Positions 1-8,674 of a stretch of 64,000 nucleotides of DNA are shown here, piece by piece. A program made the position numbers and the translations under genes. Below the pieces are notes generated by a model. It ran no database searches and was not told the DNA's origin. It worked only from the letters and a program-made list of their open reading frames with translations. Source of the stretch: Thermodesulfovibrionales bacterium (GTDB taxonomy: Bacteria > Nitrospirota > Thermodesulfovibrionia > Thermodesulfovibrionales > SM23-35); NCBI GenBank assembly GCA_963715195.1, contig CAVQRT010000008.1, forward strand, positions 32,001-96,000. Reading direction: 5' to 3'. Each line of letters starts with the position of its first letter. The stretch's first letter is position 1.

Positions 1-351
1 AGACATCCGGTAGTCTTCGTCTTTCACATACAACGTTTTCCTGAGGCCCTGCGGAAGTTGTTTGACAAAACAGAAAATGCAGTTATTCTTGCATGTCATA
101 ATCCTGAATGGTTTGAAAACTATGCCGAGGACTGCCCCCTCGATTTTTTTGATACACAGGTTCGCCATTCTGCTGCCTCTCTTGAAATCGATATGGAGAT
201 CTTCGTCCGTGCTGTAGTAGATGAAATCGATCGGGTCCTTCAGCCTGTGTGCGTTCACCGAGAGCAGGGTATCTCCCGGACGGAGGCCCGCCTTGTCGGC
301 GAGGCTGCCCGGTTGGACGGTATCTATCTGGAGACCGCACTCAGCCAGCAT
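1..351 (-). CDS. DUF512-family PDZ + radical SAM-like Fe-S protein (5' part; runs off window start)
   Basis: Not in the ORF track. Manual translation from ATG at 351: MLAECGLQIDTVQPGSLADKAGLRPGDTLLSVN...DPIDFIY...TCKNNCIFCFVKQLPQGLRKTLYVKDEDYRMS. It has a PDZ-like N-terminus and a CxxxCxxC motif, and overlaps the pgsA stop. Confidence 0.85.
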   Translation of the reverse strand, partial: MLAECGLQIDTVQPGSLADKAGLRPGDTLLSVNAHRLKDPIDFIYYSTDEDLHIDFKRGSRMANLCIKKIEGAVLGIVFKPFRIMTCKNNCIFCFVKQLPQGLRKTLYVKDEDYRMS

Positions 352-880
352 GCGTAATCCTTAATCCCTGGTACATGTAATGCGTTGCCGAGAGAATGCT
401 GACTCCGGCGGTTATGATAAAAAAGACAGGTGAGATGTCCGGAAGGCCGGGGAGATTGATTGTAATCAGGATGTAGGCAATCAGAAGACTTTCAAGCCAT
501 ATCGTCGCTTTCCCGAGCAGTGATGGTTCAACGCGCAGGTTGCCGGTAATGAAATGGAGGACAAACCAGCCGGTAACAACGATGATATCCCTGCTGATAA
601 CCGTTATGGCAAGCCATTTCGGTATCCAGCCATAGACTGAAAATATGACAAAGGAGGTAACGAGGAGAAACTTATCGGCCAACGGGTCGAGAAAAGTACC
701 GAGCGGGGTTTTCTGGTTTTTCATACGCGCGAAAAGACCGTCGAATACGTCGGTAAGTGCTGCGACTATAAACAGGCACAGCGCATAATCGTAGCGGCTG
801 TATATGATTGAAGTAATAAATACAGGGATAAGAGCGATCCTGGCGATTGTCAATGTATTGGGAATATTCAATACCTTCAC
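341..880 (-). CDS. pgsA: CDP-diacylglycerol--glycerol-3-phosphate 3-phosphatidyltransferase (CDP-alcohol phosphatidyltransferase)
   Basis: NIPNTLTIARI N-terminus; DxxDGxxARxxxxxxxxGxxLDxxxD signature; GGGGGAG SD before GTG. Confidence 0.85.
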   Translation of the reverse strand: MKVLNIPNTLTIARIALIPVFITSIIYSRYDYALCLFIVAALTDVFDGLFARMKNQKTPLGTFLDPLADKFLLVTSFVIFSVYGWIPKWLAITVISRDIIVVTGWFVLHFITGNLRVEPSLLGKATIWLESLLIAYILITINLPGLPDISPVFFIITAGVSILSATHYMYQGLRITHAG

Positions 881-928
881 AGTTACTCCCCCCTTAAAGG
901 CGTTTTCCCTGAAGCATTGTATACTTCT

Positions 929-2074
929 TCAGGGAATATTAAGCGGCAGGGAATGAAATCGAAGGTTCAGTCCAAGCCGGCGATAACATGACTCCTGCAA
1001 TAGTCCTTTTTTTCGTCTTCCCCCGATTCCCTGTTCTGTATGGGAACATATGACAGAACTCTCTCTGTTGATTATTTCATTCAATGTTTGTGCGTGACAT
1101 TCTTCCACGCCGAAGCGGAGCGTTGCCAGTGCCTTTCGAGCAGACGCAAGATGCTTTTTTGCGCGGGTTGCATCACCAGTCAGGAATGCGATTTCCCCCA
1201 ATCCAAGCAAGCAGTAAAGTATTCCTCTCGGATCTTTTGTCTCTCTGAAGAATTGCATTGCCTTCATCATATGATTGCGGGCTCTCTGATAGAAGCCGGT
1301 CATTTTATATGCAGTGCCTATGCCCCAGAGGGTATAGGCGTAGCTGACTTTATCTCCGATGATCCGGTAAAGCCTGGAAGCATTTGCAAATGAGGAGAAA
1401 GCGTTTTTGTAATCCCCGAGCATCCTGTATGCATTTGCGATACCGCAGAAAGAGTACGCCTTGCCGAATGTATCGTGCGTGTCCGAGAATAGTCTGTTCG
1501 CGGCGACATAGTATTTCAGGGAAGCTCTGATATGGCCTGCAATCCGCGAGGCACCGCCGAGCCCGCAGAGGGCGTAGCCGATGCCCTGGTGATCTTTCAG
1601 AGCATGAAAGAGCCTGTGGGATTCCCTGAAAGTCTTGATGGCGCCGGGTATGTCCCCTTTGATTCTCAGGGTGCCTGCCTCTGCCCAGAGAGCAAACGCC
1701 AGCCCCTGCGTGTCGTGATTCGTCATGTACCTTTTTTTTGATCTGAGAATGAGCTGAATCGCTTTCTGCCACTTTCCCTGTGCCCGGAAAGAGAGAGCCA
1801 GCCCGATGCCGGCATCCGCAGCCTTATCCGGTGAATGGATTTGCCGGGCAAGCTGTACAGCCTCCGTATACATCCTTACAGCGTCTTTAAAACGGCCTGT
1901 CATCCTGTAGACGTCACCAAGTGAGCGTATGCAATAATATGTCCCCTCGTGATCCCCAGCCCTCCTGCAGCCCAGTGAAGCTTTTCTGAATAGTCTGATG
2001 GATTGCTGATAGCGGGCACGCTCCCTCAGAATTTCGGCCTCCGAAATAATACTGTCAATTTCCGGTGATTTCAC
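929..2074 (-). CDS. Tetratricopeptide repeat protein
   Basis: About 40-aa helical repeats (A..L.G.G...R..G....A...F..A..LF...D..G.A) through the whole protein; coupled to rpe. Confidence 0.8.
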   Translation of the reverse strand: MKSPEIDSIISEAEILRERARYQQSIRLFRKASLGCRRAGDHEGTYYCIRSLGDVYRMTGRFKDAVRMYTEAVQLARQIHSPDKAADAGIGLALSFRAQGKWQKAIQLILRSKKRYMTNHDTQGLAFALWAEAGTLRIKGDIPGAIKTFRESHRLFHALKDHQGIGYALCGLGGASRIAGHIRASLKYYVAANRLFSDTHDTFGKAYSFCGIANAYRMLGDYKNAFSSFANASRLYRIIGDKVSYAYTLWGIGTAYKMTGFYQRARNHMMKAMQFFRETKDPRGILYCLLGLGEIAFLTGDATRAKKHLASARKALATLRFGVEECHAQTLNEIINRESSVICSHTEQGIGGRRKKGLLQESCYRRLGLNLRFHSLPLNIP

Positions 2075-2711
2075 GAAATGTTCTCACTACCGTTGTATAG
2101 TCTTCAGCATTGAAAAAAGCAGAGCCCATGACAAGGATATCGGCTCCGGCAGCGACGATGTCGGAAATGTTGCCGGGTTTGACACCCCCGTCAATTTCTA
2201 TCAATGGCGTAACACCCTTATCACGTATCATCGTTTTTAGTGTTTTTATCTTGTCAAGAACCTGGGGAATGAACTCCTGTCCGCCGAACCCCGGATTCAC
2301 AGACATGAGTAAAACGAGGTCGATGTCCGGCAGGATATCTTTGAGGCTCCCAACCGGTGTCGCCGGATTCAGTGATACCCCTGCCTTTACCCCGTTTTCC
2401 TTTATCTGCTGGACGGTCCTGTGCAGGTGTGTGGAAGCCTCATAGTGTACCGTCAGATAATCAGCCCCGGCCTTGATAAAATCCTTCAGATAGGTATCCG
2501 GTTTCTCGATCATCAGATGGACATCGAGAGGAAGCGTGGTAATGGTGCGAACTGCTTCCACGATTGCAGGGCCGATCGTGATATTAGGAACAAAATGGCC
2601 GTCCATGATATCGATATGGAGCATGTCAGCTCCCGCATTCTCGGCTGCCTTGATTTCTTCTCCGAGGGATAAAAAGTTTGCCGAGAGTATTGAAGGTGCT
2701 ATTTTGACCAT
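2055..2711 (-). CDS. rpe: Ribulose-phosphate 3-epimerase
   Basis: IAPSILSANF, HIDIMDGHFVPNIT, DVHLM, MSVNPGFGGQ, IDGGV motifs. Confidence 0.97.
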   Translation of the reverse strand: MVKIAPSILSANFLSLGEEIKAAENAGADMLHIDIMDGHFVPNITIGPAIVEAVRTITTLPLDVHLMIEKPDTYLKDFIKAGADYLTVHYEASTHLHRTVQQIKENGVKAGVSLNPATPVGSLKDILPDIDLVLLMSVNPGFGGQEFIPQVLDKIKTLKTMIRDKGVTPLIEIDGGVKPGNISDIVAAGADILVMGSAFFNAEDYTTVVRTFREITGN

Positions 2712-2757
2712 GCCAGCTCCAGGAATGATAGATTTGAGGATATATAATAAAATGAAT

Positions 2758-3450
2758 TCAGAACAGCTGCAAGTAAATTATATCCCCGGTCTTAATCTGT
2801 TTGCCGGGCTCCGGTTTCTGTGATAGTACCGTTTGCCCGGCGCCTTCTGTTATCCCTTTCAGATCCATCTGTTTTAAAAGTTCTGCCGCCTGTTTAAGGG
2901 ACATGCCCTGAAAGTCGGGACAGTAATAATTTTTTTCATAGGGGCCGAGACTGACAAGTACGGTTATCGCATCACTCAGCTGGTCGTCGGGCCCTGGTTT
3001 CTGAGAGAGAATCCTGTTCTTTTCAATAGTAGCTGAATGAACCGGAATGACCTTGGCAATCATCAATCCTTTCTGGAGCAATAAGGCTTCCGCATCGCCG
3101 AGCGTTTGATTGACGAGCATGGGGACTGACTTCACCCGTGGTCCTTTGCTGACGATGACTTTTATCACCCTCCGTTCTTTCACCTTGCTCCCGGCAGGTA
3201 TATCCTGTCTGATGATATTTCCAGAGGGAATAAGGGCATCATAATTTTCCCCCCCGAGCTTGAGGGAGAGGCTTTTAGGTGTCAGGATTTTACCGGCTTC
3301 CGGAAGACTTCTGCCATAGAGATCCGGAACCTCAACAGTCCTGCTGAAACTTAGAACCTTGAACGTAAGATATCCGAAGAGTAGACCGAGCATGGTGAAG
3401 GCGAGAACGTACAGCGGAAACCGTGCGAATGCCCTGAATTCCCTATTCAC
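2758..3450 (-). CDS. Membrane-anchored PASTA-domain protein (3 PASTA repeats)
   Basis: TM helix followed by VEVPDLYG...VIVSKG, VPMLVNQT...VSLG and CPDFQGMS repeats. Start moved to GTG 3450, which has a GAGGA SD. Confidence 0.85.
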   Translation of the reverse strand: MNREFRAFARFPLYVLAFTMLGLLFGYLTFKVLSFSRTVEVPDLYGRSLPEAGKILTPKSLSLKLGGENYDALIPSGNIIRQDIPAGSKVKERRVIKVIVSKGPRVKSVPMLVNQTLGDAEALLLQKGLMIAKVIPVHSATIEKNRILSQKPGPDDQLSDAITVLVSLGPYEKNYYCPDFQGMSLKQAAELLKQMDLKGITEGAGQTVLSQKPEPGKQIKTGDIIYLQLF

Positions 3451-3499
3451 GGAATCCTCATGAATGCAGGTTGCTGGAGGTGAAGCGCATCGGTCTCTG

Positions 3500-4027
3500 T
3501 CATGAGCTTTGTCCAAAAGATAGTATTGCCTCTTTCACTTTTGATAAATCTACACTCGTATTCAGGCACGGGCCGAAAGGACGCTGGTTGGTAATGCCGA
3601 GTATCGGGAGCGGATAGGTGTCTGCAATTCCGCTGCTCAGATCATTTTCACAAGCCACTGCGATGACGGCGTCCGGCTTCGTTTCCCGGATAACCCTCCG
3701 CGCGAGTGAACCACCGGTAGCAACAAACAGGTTCAGGTGGTTTTCCTCGGCAAGAGCGATCAGGTCTTTGATTTCACATCTTCCGCATCTTTTACAGTTG
3801 TAAACATTATATGTCAACCTGACATCGCATTCATCGATCTGAAGACAGTGCGGCAGGAGGAGGATGATATTTGTGAGCCTGCGTTTTTCTTTCCTGACCA
3901 GTTTATTGTTGAGCCGGATAATGAATTGCTGGTATGCCTCCTTTTTATTTTTCGCAAAAGATCCTGCAAACATGAGAAGCGGATAGAGGACTTTGAGGAC
4001 AAGGCCCCTTTTCCACTTACGGCTCAT
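3500..4027 (-). CDS. DUF116 family protein
   Basis: LLLPHCLQ..C...CKRCGRC, VATGGSLAR, AVACENDL..G motifs; ATG 4027 overlaps the fmt end. Confidence 0.85.
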   Translation of the reverse strand: MSRKWKRGLVLKVLYPLLMFAGSFAKNKKEAYQQFIIRLNNKLVRKEKRRLTNIILLLPHCLQIDECDVRLTYNVYNCKRCGRCEIKDLIALAEENHLNLFVATGGSLARRVIRETKPDAVIAVACENDLSSGIADTYPLPILGITNQRPFGPCLNTSVDLSKVKEAILSFGQSS

Positions 4028-4940
4028 CGAAAAAAGTGCCTTCCTGCAGGCGCCTTCCGCTGAGAAATTCTTTTGCACTCATCAGACGCTTCCCTTCAGG
4101 TTGCAGTGCGAGAATGCTCAGAAGCCCTTCACCGGTGCCCACCATGAGTTCATCACCTGTTTTTTCGATTTTCCCGGGGATCCCGTATCCCGCAGTTGCC
4201 CTCACTTTGGTGATTTTAATCCTTTCATGGTTCAAATAACAATAAGCGCATGGCCATGGATGCATGCCGCGGACCATGTTTGATAGTTCGACCGCAGTTT
4301 TTGACCAGGGAATGAGTCCGTCCGCCTTTTTCAGGGGAGGTGCATAGGTTGGAGTGCCCGCCTGCGGCATGCGCTTCAGCGAACCTTCTTTGATCCCTCT
4401 CAGTGTTCTCAGCAACAGAGAAGCTCCGAGCTCTGCCAGCCTTCTGCCGAGGGTCTCCGCAGTGTCTTCCTCCTGTATGGTGGTTTCCTCCTGCAGCAGT
4501 ATGTCGCCTGTATCCAATCCTTCATCCATATGCATGACGGTGATGCCGGTTCTTTGCTCGCCATTGATTATAGCCCACTGAACCGGTGCTGCTCCCCGGT
4601 ATTTCGGCAGCAATGATGCATGCACATTGATGCAGCCCCGCGGGGGGAGGTTCAGTACCGTGGGAGGCAGAATTTTCCCGTATGCAACAACAATAATGAT
4701 TTCAGGATTCATAGCCGATAATTTTTCGAGAAACGGTGAGTCTCTTAGTGTTGAAGGCTGTAGAACCTTGCAGTTATTCCGCAATGCAAGCTCCTTGATC
4801 GGGGGTGCAGCAGGAAGGCGGTCTCTCCCTTTTCGTTTGTCGGGTTGTGTTATGACTGTAATGACTTCTTCTTCAGATTGAAAAAGAGCAGTCAATGTCG
4901 GGACGGCAAAAGCAGGAGTGCCGAAAAAAACTACGCGCAT
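4017..4940 (-). CDS. fmt: Methionyl-tRNA formyltransferase
   Basis: VFFGTPAFA, TQPDK, VVAYGKILP, INVHASLLPKYRGAAPVQWAI, MDEGLDTGD. Confidence 0.97.
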   Translation of the reverse strand: MRVVFFGTPAFAVPTLTALFQSEEEVITVITQPDKRKGRDRLPAAPPIKELALRNNCKVLQPSTLRDSPFLEKLSAMNPEIIIVVAYGKILPPTVLNLPPRGCINVHASLLPKYRGAAPVQWAIINGEQRTGITVMHMDEGLDTGDILLQEETTIQEEDTAETLGRRLAELGASLLLRTLRGIKEGSLKRMPQAGTPTYAPPLKKADGLIPWSKTAVELSNMVRGMHPWPCAYCYLNHERIKITKVRATAGYGIPGKIEKTGDELMVGTGEGLLSILALQPEGKRLMSAKEFLSGRRLQEGTFFDEP

Positions 4941-4976
4941 TGAAAAAAAATCATCACTCCCTGACCATTTTTATAC

Positions 4977-5492
4977 CTATTTGCCCTTCACTTCTTTCAG
5001 CTGCTTCTTATAGCGCCTCTTAAAGAATTCTCTCTTTATGGGGCTCATCCTGTCGATGAAGAGGAGTCCGTCGAGATGATCTAATTCATGCTGTATCGCC
5101 CTGGCGAGGAGCCCTTCGGCTTCTATGCCAACATCCTTACCTTCTCTGTTGACTCCCCTGACGTAAACCTTCTCTGCCCGTTTGATTGAAGTCAGATATC
5201 CCGGGACGCTCAGGCATCCTTCATCGGCTTCGACAATACCTTCTCTCTCTACGATGACAGGATTAATGAGGACAATCAGGGGAGCTTTGTTCTCCCTCAG
5301 ACTAAGGTCAATGATACAGAGCTTTTGAGATATCCCTACCTGGTTTGCCGCAAGCCCGACGCCACAGACAGAACGCATAGTCTCTACCATATCATCGATG
5401 AGCATCTGGGTCTTCCCGTCTATAGTCAGGACCGGGGCTGTTTTTTGTTTGAGTATTTTTTCCGGATATTTGCGGATTTCAAGAACAGCCAT
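4977..5492 (-). CDS. def: Peptide deformylase
   Basis: GVGLAANQVG, EGCLS and QHELDHL motifs; start set at MAVLEI (5492). Confidence 0.96.
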   Translation of the reverse strand: MAVLEIRKYPEKILKQKTAPVLTIDGKTQMLIDDMVETMRSVCGVGLAANQVGISQKLCIIDLSLRENKAPLIVLINPVIVEREGIVEADEGCLSVPGYLTSIKRAEKVYVRGVNREGKDVGIEAEGLLARAIQHELDHLDGLLFIDRMSPIKREFFKRRYKKQLKEVKGK

Positions 5493-5544
5493 GCTCATAG
5501 TATAAACCATTTCTTCCTGTGAAGTCCGGCTGCACTGAATTTTC

Positions 5545-5574
5545 TTGACGGTTATGACACGCACAAGGTAGAAT
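5545..5574 (+). promoter_or_regulatory. Sigma70-type promoter for thrS operon
   Basis: TTGACG-18 nt-TAGAAT. Confidence 0.6.
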
Positions 5575-5608
5575 TTTATACTTTTAAATATACTCTGGAG
5601 GTTTCTGG

Positions 5609-7360
5609 ATCAGACCCGTCAATTTCGATTCGCACGAAGAGAGAGAGATCTACCGGCATAGCACTTCTCATGTAATGGCGCACGCCGTGAAGGCTCTGTT
5701 CCCCGATGCAAAACTTGCCATTGGTCCCGCAACAGAAGAAGGTTTCTATTATGATTTTGATGTTGACAGAACCTTTACGCCTGAAGATCTTGATCTGATA
5801 GAAAAAAAGATGTCCGAGATCATACAGCAGGATACCCCATTTGTGAAGAGAGTGGTTTCCCGGCAGGAGGCGATCACGTTTTTTCAGGAGCGGGGTGAAC
5901 TATACAAGGTTGAACTGCTGCTTGAGATACCCGACGATGAGGTATCACTGTATGAGGAAGATGGTTTTGTAGACCTGTGCAGGGGACCGCATTTAAAGAC
6001 TACCGGTCAGATAAGCGCCTTCAAGCTGTTAAGTGTTGCAGGTGCCTACTGGCGCGGTAATGAAAAGAACAAAATGCTACAGAGAATTTACGGGACTTCT
6101 TTCACTGACAGGAAATCCCTGAAGGATTACCTCAATTTCCTTGAAGAAGTAAGAAAAAGGGATCACCGGAAGCTCGGAAAAGATCTTGACCTGTTCAGCA
6201 CAAGCGATGAGATCGGGGCCGGGCTGATTGTCTGGCATCCGAATGGGGCATCGATCAGGAGGGCGATAGAGGATTTCTGGCTCAAGGAGCACTACAAGGC
6301 CGGATACAAAGTGTTGTATACGCCGCACATTGCCAAACTCAATCTATGGGCGACGAGCGGCCATCTCGATTTCTACCGGGAAAATATGTACTCGCCCATG
6401 GAAATTGAAGGCATTGATTACGAGATTAAGCCCATGAACTGCCCTTTTCACATCCATGTCTACAAACATGCGTTGCGGAGCTATAAGGAACTGCCGCTGC
6501 GGTTTGCTGAATTAGGGACTGTTTACCGGTATGAACGTTCGGGAGTTCTTCACGGCCTCCTGCGCGTAAGAGGATTTACACAGGATGATGCACACATATT
6601 CTGCAGGGATGACCAGATTGAGCAGGAGATTCTCACCGTGCTCGATTTTACCCTGTTCATTCTCAAGACGTTCGGATTTGACCGGTATGACATCTATCTT
6701 TCAACGAGACCTGAGAAATATGTCGGTACCCCAGAAAACTGGGAAAGGTCAACGAATGCCCTGAAGGAAGCCCTCCAAAGCAAAGGCCTTGCATTTGCAA
6801 TAGATCCCGGAGAAGGGGTTTTTTATGGTCCCAAGATAGATATTAAGGTCAAGGATTCACTGAACAGGCCATGGCAATGCAGTACAATTCAGGTTGATTT
6901 CAACAACCCTGAGCGTTTTGCCATGACCTACCGGGGAAGCGACGGGAAAGAGCACAGGCCGATCATGATACACAGGGCATTAATGGGATCCCTGGAACGT
7001 TTTTTCGGTATACTTATCGAACACTATGCAGGAGCTTTCCCCATGTGGCTTGCACCGGTGCAGGTAAAAATTCTTACGATTGCGGAGCGGCATGCCGATT
7101 ATGCAGTTAAATTTTTGGAAACACTGAAAAGAGAAGAGATACGCGCCGAACTGGATATCGAGAATGAGAAGATCGGCTACAAAATAAGAAATGCCACCCT
7201 TATGAAGGTGCCGTACTTGGTTATAATAGGCGACAGAGAAGTGTCTGAGAATATGGTTACGGTAAGGAAACGATCCGGTGAGAACATCGGCCCCTTTGCT
7301 GTACCCGAATTGATCAGGCTCTTACAGGAAATGATTACAAAGAAAACGCTGGTCATATAA
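5609..7360 (+). CDS. thrS: Threonine--tRNA ligase (no N-terminal TGS domain; probable ATC start)
   Basis: RHSTSHVMAHAV, DLCRGPH, KPMNCP, FYGPKID, IHRALMGSLERF. The frame is open to TAA 5585, with SD GGAGGT (5597-5602) 6 nt before ATC 5609. Confidence 0.95.
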   Translation: MRPVNFDSHEEREIYRHSTSHVMAHAVKALFPDAKLAIGPATEEGFYYDFDVDRTFTPEDLDLIEKKMSEIIQQDTPFVKRVVSRQEAITFFQERGELYKVELLLEIPDDEVSLYEEDGFVDLCRGPHLKTTGQISAFKLLSVAGAYWRGNEKNKMLQRIYGTSFTDRKSLKDYLNFLEEVRKRDHRKLGKDLDLFSTSDEIGAGLIVWHPNGASIRRAIEDFWLKEHYKAGYKVLYTPHIAKLNLWATSGHLDFYRENMYSPMEIEGIDYEIKPMNCPFHIHVYKHALRSYKELPLRFAELGTVYRYERSGVLHGLLRVRGFTQDDAHIFCRDDQIEQEILTVLDFTLFILKTFGFDRYDIYLSTRPEKYVGTPENWERSTNALKEALQSKGLAFAIDPGEGVFYGPKIDIKVKDSLNRPWQCSTIQVDFNNPERFAMTYRGSDGKEHRPIMIHRALMGSLERFFGILIEHYAGAFPMWLAPVQVKILTIAERHADYAVKFLETLKREEIRAELDIENEKIGYKIRNATLMKVPYLVIIGDREVSENMVTVRKRSGENIGPFAVPELIRLLQEMITKKTLVI

Positions 7361-7377
7361 AATCAGGAGGTGAGAAT

Positions 7378-7875
7378 ATAAGCAGGGATATTCGAGTCAA
7401 TCAGCATATAAGGGCAAGGGAAGTAAGGCTCATTGATGCTGACGGAGGACAACTCGGCATAATGCCGGTCTTTGAAGCTTTAAAAGTTGCAAAAGAGAGA
7501 CAGCTTGATCTTGTCGAAGTGGCACCGAATGTAGTCCCGCCGGTCTGTAAAATTCTCGATTTTGGCAGGTACCGTTATCAGCTCAGCAAGAAGCAGACGC
7601 AGAAGAAGGCGATGGGATTGAAAGAAGTAAAGATACGGCCTCAGATAACAGAATACGATCTGGGCCTGAAGGTGAAGAATATACGACGTTTCCTTGATGA
7701 GGGGAATAAGGCGAAAGTGACGATGTTTTTCAGGGGCAGAGAGATCATCAGGCCTGAAATCGGCATGAAAGTGTTCGAAAAATTGACCCAACTACTCACC
7801 GGAAAGTTCAATGTTGAGCAGGCACCGAAACTCGAGGGAAATCATATTACGATGGTAGTCACGCCGAAATCCTAG
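7378..7875 (+). CDS. infC: Translation initiation factor IF-3 (ATA start)
   Basis: SD AGGAGGTG then ATA 7378 gives ISRDIRVNQHIRAREVRLIDADGGQLGIM...LDLVEVAPN...PVCKILDFG...KVTMFFRGRE. Confidence 0.96.
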   Translation: MSRDIRVNQHIRAREVRLIDADGGQLGIMPVFEALKVAKERQLDLVEVAPNVVPPVCKILDFGRYRYQLSKKQTQKKAMGLKEVKIRPQITEYDLGLKVKNIRRFLDEGNKAKVTMFFRGREIIRPEIGMKVFEKLTQLLTGKFNVEQAPKLEGNHITMVVTPKS

Positions 7876-8017
7876 GAACACGACGAAATCCGGAGGCCGA
7901 GCTTACCAGTACAAGACCTTTATTTACACTTCTTATAATATCTGCTATACTATTTTTTCGATTTTTTCGAACGCTTGAACCAATAACTGATAGAAACGTT
8001 ATATTGCGGAGGATACA

Positions 8018-8215
8018 ATGCCAAAGCTCAAAACCCACAGAGGTGCTGCGAAACGGCTGAAAGTTACCGGCACGGGAAAGTTCAAAAAAAGGAGCGGGTA
8101 CAAGAGCCATCTTCTCACGGGAAAACCGGCCAAGAGGATACGGGGACTCAGGAAAGCCTCTTTGGTGTCCGAGAGTGAACACGACAGAATGAAGAAGCTC
8201 CTGCCGTATCACTGA
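8018..8215 (+). CDS. rpmI: 50S ribosomal protein L35
   Basis: [21 protein letters not shown]...HLL. Confidence 0.97.
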   Translation: MPKLKTHRGAAKRLKVTGTGKFKKRSGYKSHLLTGKPAKRIRGLRKASLVSESEHDRMKKLLPYH

Positions 8216-8219
8216 GGCG

Positions 8220-8314
8220 GGTGTGATGAATTCTTCGGCAGCAATAAACGCACGCAAGAGTGGCTTCAAGCTTTTCGGCTGCCATACAACGGATTGAAAA
8301 GTCACTGGGGAGGA
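8220..8314 (+). promoter_or_regulatory. Putative L20 ribosomal-protein leader (two hairpins with kissing loops) between rpmI and rplT
   Basis: GGCAGC (8237-42) is complementary to GCTGCC (8278-83); AGTGGCTTCAA (8259-69) pairs with TTGAAAAGTCACT (8294-8306) next to the rplT SD. Confidence 0.6.
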
Positions 8315-8318
8315 TTTT

Positions 8319-8666
8319 ATGCCAAGGGCAAAGGGTGGATTCAAGACACGGAGAAGAAGAAAAAAGATATTGGAGAAGGCGAAAGGGTATTACGGAGCCA
8401 AGAGCCGGCTTTACCGTATCGCCACCGAGGCGGTTGACAAGGCTCTGCAGTATTCATACAGGGACCGCAGGGCGAAGAAGCGTGAGTTCAGAGCGCTCTG
8501 GATCATCAGGATCAATGCGGCCCTGCGAGCAGTGGGTATGACCTACAGCCAGTTCATGGCAAGACTGAAAAAGGCAAATATTGCATTGAACAGAAAAGCG
8601 CTTGCCGATATGGCGTACCGTGACCTCGCAGCATTTCACCGGCTTGTTGAAAAAGTAAAGAGCTGA
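8319..8666 (+). CDS. rplT: 50S ribosomal protein L20
   Basis: MPRAKGG...AKGYYGAKS...[22 protein letters not shown]. Confidence 0.97.
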   Translation: MPRAKGGFKTRRRRKKILEKAKGYYGAKSRLYRIATEAVDKALQYSYRDRRAKKREFRALWIIRINAALRAVGMTYSQFMARLKKANIALNRKALADMAYRDLAAFHRLVEKVKS

Positions 8667-8674
8667 AACAAGCA

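Noticed and set aside
58..357. 99-aa plus-strand ORF
   Set aside because: It is antisense to the DUF512 gene, which has recognisable motifs and operon coupling.
5575..5608. T-box leader for thrS (also checked before pheS)
   Set aside because: The leaders are far too short and lack the T-box consensus.
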